NCBI RefSeq assembly: GCF_001194135.2
Contig: NC_068986.1
Span: 41,848,198-41,892,071 of the forward strand
DNA: 43,874 bases
Direction of reading: 5' to 3'
From: Octopus bimaculoides
Taxonomy: Eukaryota
Part shown: positions 1 through 11,729 of the stretch, piece by piece
Position numbering within the stretch: position 1 is the first letter of the stretch
How the letters are laid out: the number at the start of each line of letters is the position of its first letter
The notes under the pieces: model-generated
Seen by the model: only the letters and a program-made list of their open reading frames with translations
Told to the model about the DNA's origin: nothing
Database searches by the model: none
Made by a program: the position numbers and the translations under genes

Positions 1-43
1 TATATGTATATGTATATATATATATGTATATGTATATGTATAT

Positions 44-77
<34 letters not shown>

Positions 78-150
78 GTATATGTATATATATGTATATA
101 TATATATATATATGTATATGTATATATATATATATGTATATATATATATA
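1..150. repeat. Compound (TA)n/(TATG)n microsatellite
   Basis: Direct reading. Confidence 0.95.
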
Positions 151-392
151 ATAGAAATATGTTACAAAAACAAAATAGAAACTACACGTAGAAATTTAAG
201 GGTAAAGTAAGAAGAAGAATAAGCGAAAATGCACATTGGAAATCCCAAAAAGTAAAGACTTCTTATGAAAAGTAACGATAGATATATACAATTAGATAAA
301 CTGAGGTAGGAATAAAAGTAATAACAGTCATTATTGTGAACTGTTAAAGAGATTCAAATGCATACCAGTTTCATAAAGTTAATAATCATTGC

Positions 393-422
<30 letters not shown>

Positions 423-426
<4 letters not shown>

Positions 427-570
427 GATGGGCTTCTTTCATTTTCTGTCTACCTAATCCACTCACAAGGCTTTGGTTGGCCTGAGGCTATAGTAGAAGA
501 CGCAGTGGGACTGAACCCGGAACCATGCGGATGGTAAGCAAGCTACTTACCACACAGCCACTCCTCCATG
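423..570 (-). mobile_element. SINE family 1, 5' half
   Basis: Reverse complement of the head GGAGTGGCTGTGTGGTAAGTAGCTTGC...GGTTCAGTCCCACTGCG shared with many copies in the window. Confidence 0.8.
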
Positions 571-941
571 AACTGTCCATATAATGACTTTCTTGGTCTC
601 TGCAAGGGAGTAGTAATTTTATAATATGTAAAAGTCAGTTGTTCAAATCTCAGCACCTCCAGATCAACCCTAATCAAATGGACTTATGGGTAAAAAATAT
701 ACCTGCTATGACAATCCTGTCTTTTTAGAAGTATATAGGATCACATTATTGAATGTGACATGCCCTTATGCAGATTGTGAGTCGAATATGCAGCTTTTAT
801 TTCTAGCTGGTCAAGTGACTGTTGAGGCTCCCTCATTGGCTCATATGTGTAAAGGAAATTCAAAGTAGTATCTTTGATCTTTTAGTCATTTCACTCATAG
901 GACTGTGGCCATGCTGGGAGATCTCTTTGGAGGGTTTAATC

Positions 942-1489
942 CAGTGGCTTTCAACTGGGGTCCATATTAGATTTTGTTAACTTTATGTGCAATAATTTGG
1001 TTATATTTCTACACTACACAAAATATTTTAACTTTTTTTTTATTCAATTCCTAATAATCATCATCGTCGTTTAACGTCTGCTTTCCATGCTAGCATGGGT
1101 TGGACGATTTGACTGAGGAGTGGTGAAACCAGATGGCTACACCAGGCTCCAATCTGATTTGGCAGAGTTTCTACAGCTGGATGCCCTTCCTAACGCCAAC
1201 CACTCAGAGTGTAGTGGGTGCTTTTACGTGCCACCAGCACGAAGGCCAGTCAGGCGGTATTGGCAACAGCCACGCTCAAAATGGTGTATATTATGTACCA
1301 CCCGCACAAGAGCCAGTCCAGGGGCACTGGCAACGATCTAGCTCGAAAGTCCTTACACATGCCGCGGGCACAAGTGCCTTAATTATAAAAATACAGTAGG
1401 TTTTTATTTATATTGAATGGCTATGGAGGTTCAGTAGAGTAAAATAAGCATCAAGGGAGTCCATGGACAAAAAGATGGTTGAGAACCAC
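942..1489 (-). mobile_element. hAT-type MITE, inverted relative of the 31778-32141 copy
   Basis: Ends cagtggctttcaa / ttgagaaccact; 942-975 is the reverse complement of 32107-32141; ccatagccattc segment also shared. Confidence 0.7.
1056..1380 (-). mobile_element. Retroposon family 3 (AGGAAGGGCATCCAGC motif, (GAT)n tail)
   Basis: Same sequence recurs at about 9050, 21468, 27640, 36095, 39765 and 42305. Confidence 0.8.
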
Positions 1490-2184
1490 TCAACACTCAG
1501 TACTTATTTTTCAAGTCTTGTACTTATTGTATTGATCTTTTTTAATGAACCACTAAGTTATGGAGATATAAGCAAACCAACATTGATTGTTAAGTGGTTG
1601 AGGCATGCACACATACACACACACATACGATGGGCATCCACACTGTTTCCACCTTCCAAATTCACTTCCAAAGCACTGGTTAGGGCCAAAGTAGGAGACA
1701 TTTACTCAAAATGCTACACAGTGGGACTGAACTTGAAACCCACATGGCTGGGAAACAAACTTCTTAACCACATAGCCAAGCCTGCACCTATTTTAAGTTA
1801 ATTTTAATAGAATTTTCGTTCAGCTTCAAATGAGCAAAATGTGTTTGTGGTTCTATAACAAATGAGCAAATTTACCATGCAATATTTTATATGTTTCTTG
1901 TTAGTTTTCTTTATGTGTGTGTGTGACTTTGTTCCCCTCTCTCCTGTCACCTTTCATCTTATCCTTTTAATCCATTAAAGTGTTTCTGTTTCCTTGGTGA
2001 CAGATAATGTTAACTACAGCACAGACAGTAGTAATGGCTTCAGGCTTTGTTTGCTCGCATTTAATCACAACAAGGAAAAAATCCCTCTTGAGAATCACTT
2101 TGTTTAAATATCTCACTGTGTACTTACATTTTCTATTGCAGTAGGCTAGATAGAATAGCTTCTATGAACTTCCATACTCATAGA

Positions 2185-3165
2185 GCAAAGGTGTGGCTGT
2201 GTGATAAGATTACATCCCAACCACATAGTGCTGTGTTCAATCCCACTGCATGGCACCTTGAGCAAGTGTCTTCTTCTATATCCCCAAGCCAACTAAGACC
2301 TTGTGAGTGGATTTAGTAGATGGAAACTGAAAGAAGCTTGTATGTGTGTGTGTGTGTGTGTGTATATATATNNNNNNNNNNNNNNNNNNNNNNNNNNNNN
2401 NNNNNNNNNNNNNNNNNNNNNNNNNNNNNNNNNNNNNNNNNNNNNNNNNNNNNNNNNNNNNNNNNNNNNNNNNNNNNNNNNNNNNNNNNNNNNNNNNNNN
2501 NNNNNNNNNNNNNNNNNNNNNNNNNNNNNNNNNNNNNNNNNNNNNNNNNNNNNNNNNNNNNNNNNNNNNNNNNNNNNNNNNNNNNNNNNNNNNNNNNNNN
2601 NNNNNNNNNNNNNNNNNNNNNNNNNNNNNNNNNNNNNNNNNNNNNNNNNNNNNNNNNNNNNNNNNNNNNNNNNNNNNNNNNNNNNNNNNNNNNNNNNNNN
2701 NNNNNNNNNNNNNNNNNNNNNNNNNNNNNNNNNNNNNNNNNNNNNNNNNNNNNNNNNNNNNNNNNNNNNNNNNNNNNNNNNNNNNNNNNNNNNNNTATAT
2801 ATATATATATATATATATATAGTTCAAATTTAAAGGAAACAAAAGACGAAGACAGTTGAGGGAACAACAAGCAGGTGTATTAGAATGATGCTTGGGAAGA
2901 ATGGAAAAGTCTTTGACATGTGTGTGTATACACACACACACACACGCACATCTGTATGTCTGTTTTTCCCACCTATCTCTAGATGACTGGTGTTGTTTTG
3001 TTTACATCCTCATAACTAAGCAGTTTAGCATAAGAGATTGGTAGAATAACTACCAGGTTTTAAAAAAAGAAATGAATACTTAGATCAATTCATTCAACTG
3101 AAACCCCTCAAGGCAGTGGCCCAGCATGGCTGCCGTCCAATGATTAAAGCAAATAAAAGATAGAA
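2185..3165 (+). mobile_element. SINE family 1 spanning an assembly gap
   Basis: 5' half 2185-2371 ends in (TG)(TA); 3' half about 2950-3165. Confidence 0.6.
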
Positions 3166-3333
3166 GATATGTATAGCAGATAGAAAAAGATTTCTTTTAC
3201 TGACACTTATTGATAACATCCTATAGACAAGGCTGTAACAGAATGCCTCTCATTACTGGAACTGATGATCCAGGAGTTTATTTCTTCTCCTTTTATTCCT
3301 CTCTTTTACTCTTTTACTTGTTTCAGTCATTTG

Positions 3334-3942
3334 TGAGCTAAAGCTGACACTGGATAAAATGCTTTGAGGCATTACTTCCATCTTTATATTATGAGTTCAA
3401 ATTCTGCTGAGATCAACTTCACCTTCCATCCTTTCTGGGTCAGTGAAAATAAGTACTGATTGAGCACGGGTCAATGTAATTGGCTTGTCCCTTTGTGTCT
3501 GTAGTAGAAATAATTATTATCATCATTATTAGAGTGGTAGATTGACAGAATTACTAGTGTTGGAAAAAATGCTTTGCAATATTTCTTCCTGCCCTTTAAG
3601 TTCTAAGTTCAAATCCCACCAGAGTCAGCTTTGCCTTTTTATCCTTTCAAGGTTGATACATTAAAATACTAAACAAGCACTGGAGTTGAAGGCATCAGTT
3701 AACACCCTTCCTTCAAAATTGCAGGCCTTGTGTTTGTATTAGAAATGGCAAGCTGGCAGAGTCGTTAGCATGTCAGGCAAAATGCTTGGTGGTATTTTGT
3801 CTGTCTTTATGTTCTGAGTTCAAATTCCACTGAGGTCGACTTTGCCTTTCATCCTTTAGGGATCGATAAATTAAGTACCAGTTGAACACTGGGGTTGATG
3901 TAATCAACACATCCTCTCCCCCAATATAGCAAAATTTGAAAC

Positions 3943-3993
<51 letters not shown>

Positions 3994-4195
3994 GACAAGC
4001 TGGCAGAATCTGCTTAGCAGTATTTGACCCATCTTTATGCTCTGAGTTCAAATTCTGCCAAGATTGACTTTGCCTTTCATACTTTCGAGACTGATGAAAT
4101 AAGTACATCAACCCCAGTTACACACTGGGGTTGATGTACTTGACTTACCCTCTCCCCTGAAATTGCTGACCTTGTGCCAAAATTTGAAACTAATT
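3334..4195 (+). mobile_element. Four tandem copies of SINE family 2
   Basis: Repeated GCTGGCAGAATC...TTCTGAGTTCAAATT...GACTTTGCCTTTCATCC...AAGTAC...CTGGGGTTGATG units at about 3334, 3531, 3746, 3993. Confidence 0.8.
3944..3993. repeat. (ATT)n tract, tail of a family 2 SINE
   Basis: Direct reading. Confidence 0.95.
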
Positions 4196-4591
4196 TACTT
4201 TACTGTTCCTTTCTTTTCCAACTAAGATTGCTTTATTCTCCAATGGTGTATGTGTGTGTGTGTGTATGTAGTGGTGGTGGTGGTGGTGGTAGTGTAGTGA
4301 AATAGTGGTGGCTAGGAACTCATTTTAAATATTGTCCCAATATTTGGTGGGAAATGGCAATTTCAGAGAGACACTTGGTTAACAGTCTTGTCAACATCAA
4401 AGTCCTCACAGCTAAACAATTCTTGTAGCTACCTGCACTGCTTCTGACAAGATCCCAATTAAGAGATTTTTCTTTTTCTGTTTTTCCCTTCACATAAAGC
4501 TTGTCAGAAATATTGAATTTAAAAACAAAAAAAATTTATCCTTGTTTTATTTTTTTGCTTCTTAAGTTTTATTTCTTATTATTATTGTCAT

Positions 4592-4815
4592 TAAGGTGGC
4601 AGGCTGGCAGAATCATTAGCATGCTGGTCAAAATGCTTAGTGGTATTTGGCCTGTCCCTACATTCTGAGTTCAAATTCTGTTAAGGTTGACTTTGCCTTT
4701 CATCCTTTTGGGGTCAATAGAATAAGTACTAGTTGAACACTAGGGTTGATGTAATTGACTCATGCCCTCCCCCAAAATTACTACCCTTGTGGTAGAATTT
4801 GAAACCATTATCATT
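4592..4815 (+). mobile_element. SINE family 2
   Basis: Same unit as 3746-3945. Confidence 0.8.
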
Positions 4816-4924
4816 ACTTAGAAGCACTATGTTAGAAGAAATGGTAAGCAATTATTTTTGAAACTGATGGTTATAGGTGTTTCTGATTTACCAACTTCTC
4901 TCTTTCAACTAATAAAATTGATAT

Positions 4925-5150
4925 TATTATGATCATCATTTTATCCACTTTTCCATTCTTGCATGGGTTGAATAGTTTGTTGAGGCAGATTTTCATGGCT
5001 GGATGCCCTCTCTGTCCCTAACCCTCATCTGTTTCCAGGTAAGGTAATGTTTCCCCCATGACTAGTCATATGTTCATGGAAGACTGGAAATGAAGGATAC
5101 CACTTGCATGACAGTGATACTCATTTACTGCTGTCACACAAAAAGACAGT
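4925..5150 (-). mobile_element. Retroposon family 6 fragment
   Basis: Reverse complement resembles 21755-21980; shares the ggaagggcatcc-like motif and (GAT)n tail. Confidence 0.55.
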
Positions 5151-5196
5151 AACAAGACTAGAAGACAATAACATGCACAGACTCACTCACACACAT

Positions 5197-5304
5197 GAAT
5201 GTGGGCGCACACATGAACATGGGCGCACACATAAGCGTGGGCGCACACATGAGCGTGGGCGCACACGTGAGCGTGGGCGCACACGTGAGCGTGGGCACAC
5301 ACAT
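5197..5304. repeat. 18-bp GC-rich minisatellite, 6 units
   Basis: Units at 5197, 5215, 5233, 5251, 5269, 5287; consensus GAGCGTGGGCGCACAC(A/G)T. Confidence 0.92.
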
Positions 5305-6047
5305 GAACACAGACACACATGCACACGGACACACACATGGATATGGACACACACACACACACACACACGTATGTGTGTGTTTGCATTATACTCCACCTGA
5401 TGTTGATTTGTTTATTTTCTTGTAACCTGGTGGTCTAGTAAAAGAAACCAATACTAATACTTTAAAACATAAGTACTGGGGTTGATTTTTCAGCTAAGTG
5501 TCCCATCACGTCTGCAGTTCGGTGACTTAAACAAGTAAAATATAAAAGGTAACGCTACTTCATGTTCAAATAATTAGCTGTGACAGGTGAGTTGCAACCA
5601 ACCATAAGAATAGTTACATGACTAGGGAAAAATATGGAAGGATGCTTACTGGAGGAAAACTTTAATTATAAAGACAAGTGCTAGACTAACACATTTGGGC
5701 TAATTAAACGAAGAAAATTTAATAAAAAACTTTTTAATCGAAAGAAAATTTTAACTAATTAAAAATTTCTTGGCTTAATTCATCAAGTGTACTAGCACTA
5801 AAAAAGAGATAAAATCTCTGCATGGTTGCTTGACTTGCTAGAAATAGCAGTTTCTTCTGAAATGGACATGATTTTTAATGTTGTCTTATATTTTTATGCT
5901 TTTAAAAACGATGGAAGGGTCTGCTCAGTCAAGACTAACCTGAGGTGGGCTAAACAATGACACTTGTGCCCTGTGTAGATTTAATTAAATATTCTCTGGT
6001 CTTTAAAAAGAAGTATAGCCTTAGAGACTCACTTTTAGATATATTAG

Positions 6048-6250
6048 CCCTTTAGCATTCTGATAACTCTGTCAAATATAATAGTTATTTATTCACATTG
6101 TTTTAAATTCATCATGCATTATCTCATTATTTGGGATTTCATTGACATGCTTGTTATTTTTAGAATGACATTGTAGGTGTGTTGTGAGAGGCTGGATCTA
6201 GTTGTTTGAACCTAAAAGTAGAATATTTAGAATATTTAAATGCTAAAGAG
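6048..6250 (-). mobile_element. piggyBac-type MITE (family 5)
   Basis: Ends ccctttagcatt ... aatgctaaagag; body shared with 14368, 27994, 28745 and about 42905. Confidence 0.7.
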
Positions 6251-6494
6251 TTTGTAGACTAATATTTTCCTTATTGATACACTTACTATTGTCTATTTGT
6301 CTGTCTGTCGGCTCCTTATCTGTGTGTATTAGTTTTTAAGGTACAAGTCTGAATTTCATTAGAGATATGATTGGATTTAGTCCAGAATATAACTGACAGT
6401 TCTTCTATTAATGTTGATGCAGTGAGATCCACCTCTGCTAATGTTAACCTCAGAAGTGTAGATATCTATACTAAACTTAGCCTAAAAGTAAAAG

Positions 6495-6948
6495 AATGAA
6501 TTGACTCTAGTTCTTATTTTGTCAGTCTCTTTTGCCAAACTGCTATGGGATGTAAACAAACCAACACTGGTTGTCAAGCAGTGGTGGGGGGACAAATGTT
6601 TATATACATATGCACACATATACACATGCATATAGACACACATGCATGCACATATGCACATGTACACACACACATGCACACACACATACAAGCAAACACA
6701 AACATCCACACACAAATATGCATGCACATACACACACATACACACACACACACATACACACATATACACATACGTGCACACACATACACACACAAACATA
6801 TACATACCACATACACACACACACACACACACACACGCACGATGTACTCCTTTCGGTTTTGGTCTACCAAATTCACATGCAGTGGAATTGAACCTGGAGC
6901 CATGTGGTCAGGAAGTTAACTTCTTACCACACAGTCACATCTGTGTCT
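6495..6948 (-). mobile_element. SINE family 1 with expanded (CA)-rich middle (6600-6838)
   Basis: Head and 3' part flank a cryptic CA repeat; source of several spurious HT/CV ORFs. Confidence 0.75.
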
Positions 6949-6974
6949 TTTCAGATTATAATTGATCAACAGAA

Positions 6975-7590
6975 CTATATATTGCTAAATCACTAATGAG
7001 CTATCTGAAAATGTAATAGTGGAAAGATCTTGTTTCCATAGTTTTTTTCTTAAAATTTTGAAGTCAAAATTGTGGTGTAATTTTGAGCTTGGAATGTCAT
7101 CAGTACTGAAAAAATAAGCATGTAGACATTTATTTTTCTATGTAAGTACAGAGTATTTATTAATGTCTTAGGTGGAGATGAATGTGATATATTAGTTACT
7201 TTTTTATCTGAATGCTTATATCTAGAAATAGTGTTGTTATATCGTTAGGCATTTCACTTAGATTAGTATGGATGTGGTTGTTTTGTAGATCTTCCTTGTG
7301 ACATCATCAGGTGTATCCATTTTGAAAGGAATGTCGTTCCACATACCTGGTGTACACTGTAGGCTCATGTTCTGGTACCATATACTCATACACACACACA
7401 TTTTTATAATCTAGACTTTCATTTCCAGTTCTCTTCGGTTTAATTAACTAACTGTTTTGTAAACATCTGTCATATGTTTCTAGTTAGCTTGAAATGATAT
7501 ACAGAAGCTTGAATATTTAATAATATGGCTGAGATGGATATGTTAATAATTTATTAATTATTTAATTTGACATTAATGGAATCGATGGAT
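6975..7590 (-). pseudogene. Decayed Penelope-like reverse transcriptase fragment
   Basis: Minus-strand mosaic: NP..P..SN, KP...SLD (7409-7417), PTVYTRYV(D)DI with a 1-nt insertion (7330-7348), LFLDISI (7211-7231); multiple stops and frameshifts. Confidence 0.5.
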
Positions 7591-7712
7591 TTGTAGAGTC
7601 AGTGAGATGGCAGTCAAAATACCTTCTGATATTGAGTTGTATATTATATCTTGATATTCTGAGTTCACATTTTGCTGCAATGGACTTCACCTTTCATCCT
7701 TCTGCAGTCAAA

Positions 7713-7748
<36 letters not shown>

Positions 7749-7815
7749 NNNNNNNNNNNNNNNNNNNNNNNNNNNNNNNNNNNNNNNNNNNNNNNNNNNN
7801 ATGTATGTATGTAAT

Positions 7816-8200
7816 GGAGGCGCAATGGCCCAGTGCTTAGGGCAGCGGACTCGCGGTCATAGGATCGTGGTTTTGATTCCCAGATCGGGTGTTGTGAGTG
7901 TTGATTGAGTGAAAGCACCTAAAAGCTGCACATGGCTCCAGCAGGGGATGGTGGCGAATCCTGCTGTACTCTTTCACCACAACTTTCTCTCACTCTTACT
8001 TCCTGTTTCTGTTGTGCCTGTAATTCAAAGGGTCAGCCTTGTCACACTATGTCATGCTGAATATCTCCGAGAACTACGTTAAGGATACACGTGTTTGTGG
8101 AGTGCTCAGCAACTTGCACGTTAATTTCACTAGCAGGCTGTTCCGTTGATCAGATCAACTGGAACCCTCGACGTCATAAGTGACGGAGTGCCAACAATCA
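7816..8200 (+). mobile_element. tRNA-derived SINE, single copy of a distinct family
   Basis: Head GGAGGCGCAATGGCCCAGTG (A box) ... GGTTTTGATTCCC (B box), long unique body, CAAT-repeat tail. Confidence 0.75.
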
Positions 8201-8204
8201 ATCA

Positions 8205-8545
8205 ATTTGTAATATTTATTTAAACATTCAGTATAATTGAATTCAATAATTGCTTCACAATACAGCTCATGATATTGACTCATTTGGTTATCATATATTA
8301 TTATTTTGGATTTGTGGAGGGATGATTTGGTGTGACCTGTAAACATTTATAGCCACAGGTGTGTGGTTAGGAAGCTTGCTCTCCAACTACGTGGCTTTGA
8401 GTTCAGTCCCACTGTGTGACAACTTGTGCAAGTGTGTTCTGCTGTAGCCCTTACTGGGGTGACCAAAATTGGATCCCCAAAACCTTGCGAGTGAATTTGG
8501 TAGAGAGAAACTGAAGAAAATGCTTCATGTGTATGAGTGCATGTA

Positions 8546-8581
<36 letters not shown>

Positions 8582-8714
8582 CACACACACAGGTCACACC
8601 AAATCATCCTTCGACAAATCAAAAATAACATATGACAACCAAATGAGTCAATACCATAAGCTGTATCATGAAACAGGTATTGAATTCAATTATATTGATT
8701 CTTAAATATTACAA

Positions 8715-8716
<2 letters not shown>
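8205..8716. repeat. Inverted repeat, arms 8205-8340 and 8589-8716
   Basis: Inner 21 bp (acaggtcacaccaaatcatcc) identical; about 80-85 percent overall by eye. Confidence 0.85.
8355..8588 (+). mobile_element. SINE family 1, 5' half, between the inverted arms
   Basis: gagttcagtcccactgtgtg...aaccttgcgagtgaatttggtagagagaaactgaag then (GT)n. Confidence 0.75.
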
Positions 8717-8765
<49 letters not shown>

Positions 8766-9049
8766 CACATGCATACATATACATATATGACATACATGTC
8801 TATGTGTACCCTTGTGCTAGACAGTGTTTGATGGTTGTAAATGAGCATCAACATACAAATGAGGTTCTACAATCAGTACCACCATTATAGATGTGTGAAC
8901 CAAAATTTAATATACAAACAAGGTTTCAAAACCTGTCCCCTCCTGTCTATCTGGTGCTTCAGGAATGTTAACACTGTCATACTAAATGATATTTGCTTCA
9001 CTCAACACAAGAAATAAATACTTTCTTTTCCATCTTTTTTTTTTTGACA

Positions 9050-9203
9050 TTGCGTGGTTGGTATTGGGAAGGGCATCAAGCCATAAAAACCATTGCCAAC
9101 AGACATTGAAGCCTGATGCAGTCTTCTGCCTAACCAGCTCTTGTCAAATCATCCAACCCATACCAGCATTAAAATTGAACATTAAATGATGATGATGATG
9201 ATG
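9050..9203 (+). mobile_element. Retroposon family 3, 3' part
   Basis: gggaagggcatcaagcc...aacccataccagcat...(GAT)n. Confidence 0.7.
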
Positions 9204-9589
9204 ACAAAGATAGAGAATGCATGAAGTATAATGACTGAAAATGAATAAATTCAATTCTGTATACATTGTGTATAGCAAGATAAAATGTTAGGGAGAAATA
9301 TTTCTATTACATTTGTACCATAATAAATGCTTTCTCTTTTCTCTCTTTGCTATTATAATAATGATTCTATCCAGTAAGTGTATACGATATCCATGTAAAG
9401 TTATTCACACCATAATTATTAAAATAATTTGTACCAATCTAGTGAGGAAACCTCTATGTCATTCGACTGGTAAATAATGTAACCCAAGTTTCCCTTACCT
9501 CGTTTTCATGAGCATTAGAATCACATGTTTGAAATCTTAATTACCCTGCCACCATCACAATTTGTGCAACATGTACAAGATATTCATCC

Positions 9590-9730
9590 AGAAAATTTCA
9601 CTCACAAGGCATTAATCAACCCAAGATTGTAATTGAAGATACTTAGCTATGTTGTCATTGCTGTGGTATAGAACCTGAAAGCTTATGGTTGGGAAGTAAA
9701 CTTCTTAACCGCACAGCCATGTCTGCATCC
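9590..9730 (-). mobile_element. SINE family 1, 5' half, degraded
   Basis: cactcacaaggc...cttcttaaccgcacagccatgtctgc. Confidence 0.6.
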
Positions 9731-10925
9731 ATATTACCAAAAAAAAAAAAAAAAAAAAAAGAGAAAGAAAATGTTGATGAGACAAATAGTTTAAAAACCA
9801 TTTTATTTCTTCAAAAGGTTATATCAATTAGGTCATAGCAATGAAAATATCATCAAGCCCACTATGTTTTTGCTAAGCATGCTTTGTGGCTGTAGTGCAG
9901 TAGTCCTGTCTAAAAAATGGTGCTGCTGAATAACTGGCAAGTTGGGTTTTCACATCAATGCTAACTTTTAAAATGAAACCATAAAACTCCCACGTACATA
10001 CTCTTTCATGCATACACATGAATAATGTGTAACATTCTAACAGGATGACAACAACAATAATAATTAAAGAATGTGGTTTATTTGATTAACTCTTTAAATT
10101 TTACTGAGGAATATATTTTCATACTAGCATTTGACTAGCAGGAAGTATATAGGGCTTTGAATAAAATGTTTTCCAGTATTTAGTAGCGACAATTTACATT
10201 GTCAGTTGAAATCTTCCCAAGGTTGGTTGATTCTATCTTTCACCTTTTTGGGATTTATGAATAAGGTATTGCTTGAATACTAGGAAGTGACATAGTCTGC
10301 AATAACTGTTCCACAAATTAGCAGTTATGTACCTAGATTAGAAATTATTATGCTTTAACGTTGAGTTTAAAGTTCTGTTCTTTCCTTTTCTATGCAATTT
10401 GTTTGCTGTTACTTTCTATTGAAAACATTTTTATCGTGCTATAAGTGATTGATAAGCAAGGATTTAAAAGTACTTAGCTACTTGCTGAACACTGCCTTCA
10501 CTGGACCAACTTTGCCATATAGTCTTCTTAACTCTTCTGTCTATACTAGTTTATGGGCTTTGCTTCAATTCTATTGACTGAAAATAACAACAACGTGGAT
10601 GATGATGGTGATGATGACAATAATCACCTACAACCCACTCTTTCACTCCTTCACCTCCCAACCTGTGCCCTTTCTCTCTAAGTAATAATTATTCCCCCAT
10701 CCTACTGACTCTTGTTTGTAAGTGCCAGTCTACAATTTGACATTGCTCAGATTTCATGTACCTTTGTGCATTGAAAATTGTTGGACCTTTTCCACTCTTT
10801 GCTCTATTCATCTTCCTTAAATTATAATTGTATTTCATGTCTTTTGTACTTGTTGCAAAGAAGTCTGTCTGCAACAATTAACATCTTTTTCTTCTTCAGT
10901 GTTCTGTCGTCGCACTTTCCTTTCC

Positions 10926-10958
<33 letters not shown>

Positions 10959-11729
10959 NNNNNNNNNNNNNNNNNNNNNNNNNNNNNNNNNNNNNNNNNN
11001 NNNNNNNNNNNNNNNNNNNNNNNNNNNNNNNNNNNNNNNNNNNNNNNNNNNNNNNNNNNNNNNNNNNNNNNNNNNNNNNNNNNNNNNNNNNNNNNNNNNN
11101 NNNNNNNNNNNNNNNNNNNNNNNNNNNNNNNNNNNNNNNNNNNNNNNNNNNNNNNNNNNNNNNNNNNNNNNNNNNNNNNNNNNNNNNNNNNNNNNNNNNN
11201 NNNNNNNNNNNNNNNNNNNNNNNNNNNNNNNNNNNNNNNNNNNNNNNNNNNNNNNNNNNNNNNNNNNNNNNNNNNNNNNNNNNNNNNNNNNNNNNNNNNN
11301 NNNNNNNNNNNNNNNNNNNNNNNNNNNNNNNNNNNNNNNNNNNNNNNNNNNNNNNNNNNNNNNNNNNNNNNNNNNNNNNNNNNNNNNNNNNNNNNNNNNN
11401 NNNNNNNNNNNNNNNNNNNNNNNNNNNNNNNNNNNNNNNNNNNNNNNNNNNNNNNNNNNNNNNNNNNNNNNNNNNNNNNNNNNNNNNNNNNNNNNNNNNN
11501 NNNNNNNNNNNNNNNNNNNNNNNNNNNNNNNNNNNNNNNNNNNNNNNNNNNNNNNNNNNNNNNNNNNNNNNNNNNNNNNNNNNNNNNNNNNNNNNNNNNN
11601 NNNNNNNNNNNNNNNNNNNNNNNNNNNNNNNNNNNNNNNNNNNNNNNNNNNNNNNNNNNNNNNNNNNNNNNNNNNNNNNNNNNNNNNNNNNNNNNNNNNN
11701 NTATATATATATATATATATATATATCTG

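Larger units (their letters stand above)
871..1789 (-). mobile_element. SINE family 1, interrupted by a hAT-type MITE
   Basis: 3' part 871-941 and remainder 1490-1789 are colinear with the family 1 pattern. Confidence 0.7.

Noticed and set aside
2276-2941. Long ORFs across N runs (also 7602-7918, 10778-11798, 15234-15599, 18007-18390)
   Set aside because: Open only because N codons translate as X; the flanks are (TA)n or low-complexity sequence.
3773-4111. Poly-Asn ORF with a repeated peptide
   Set aside because: Antisense reading of two tandem SINEs and their (ATT)n tail.
3334-5304. Repeated units resembling a CRISPR array
   Set aside because: Eukaryotic context, no constant repeat with unique spacers, no cas genes; explained by SINEs and a minisatellite.
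6482-6965. His/Thr and Cys/Val-rich ORFs (also 4-210, 5104-5425, 12918-13133, 39847-40075)
   Set aside because: Translations of dinucleotide microsatellites and the minisatellite.
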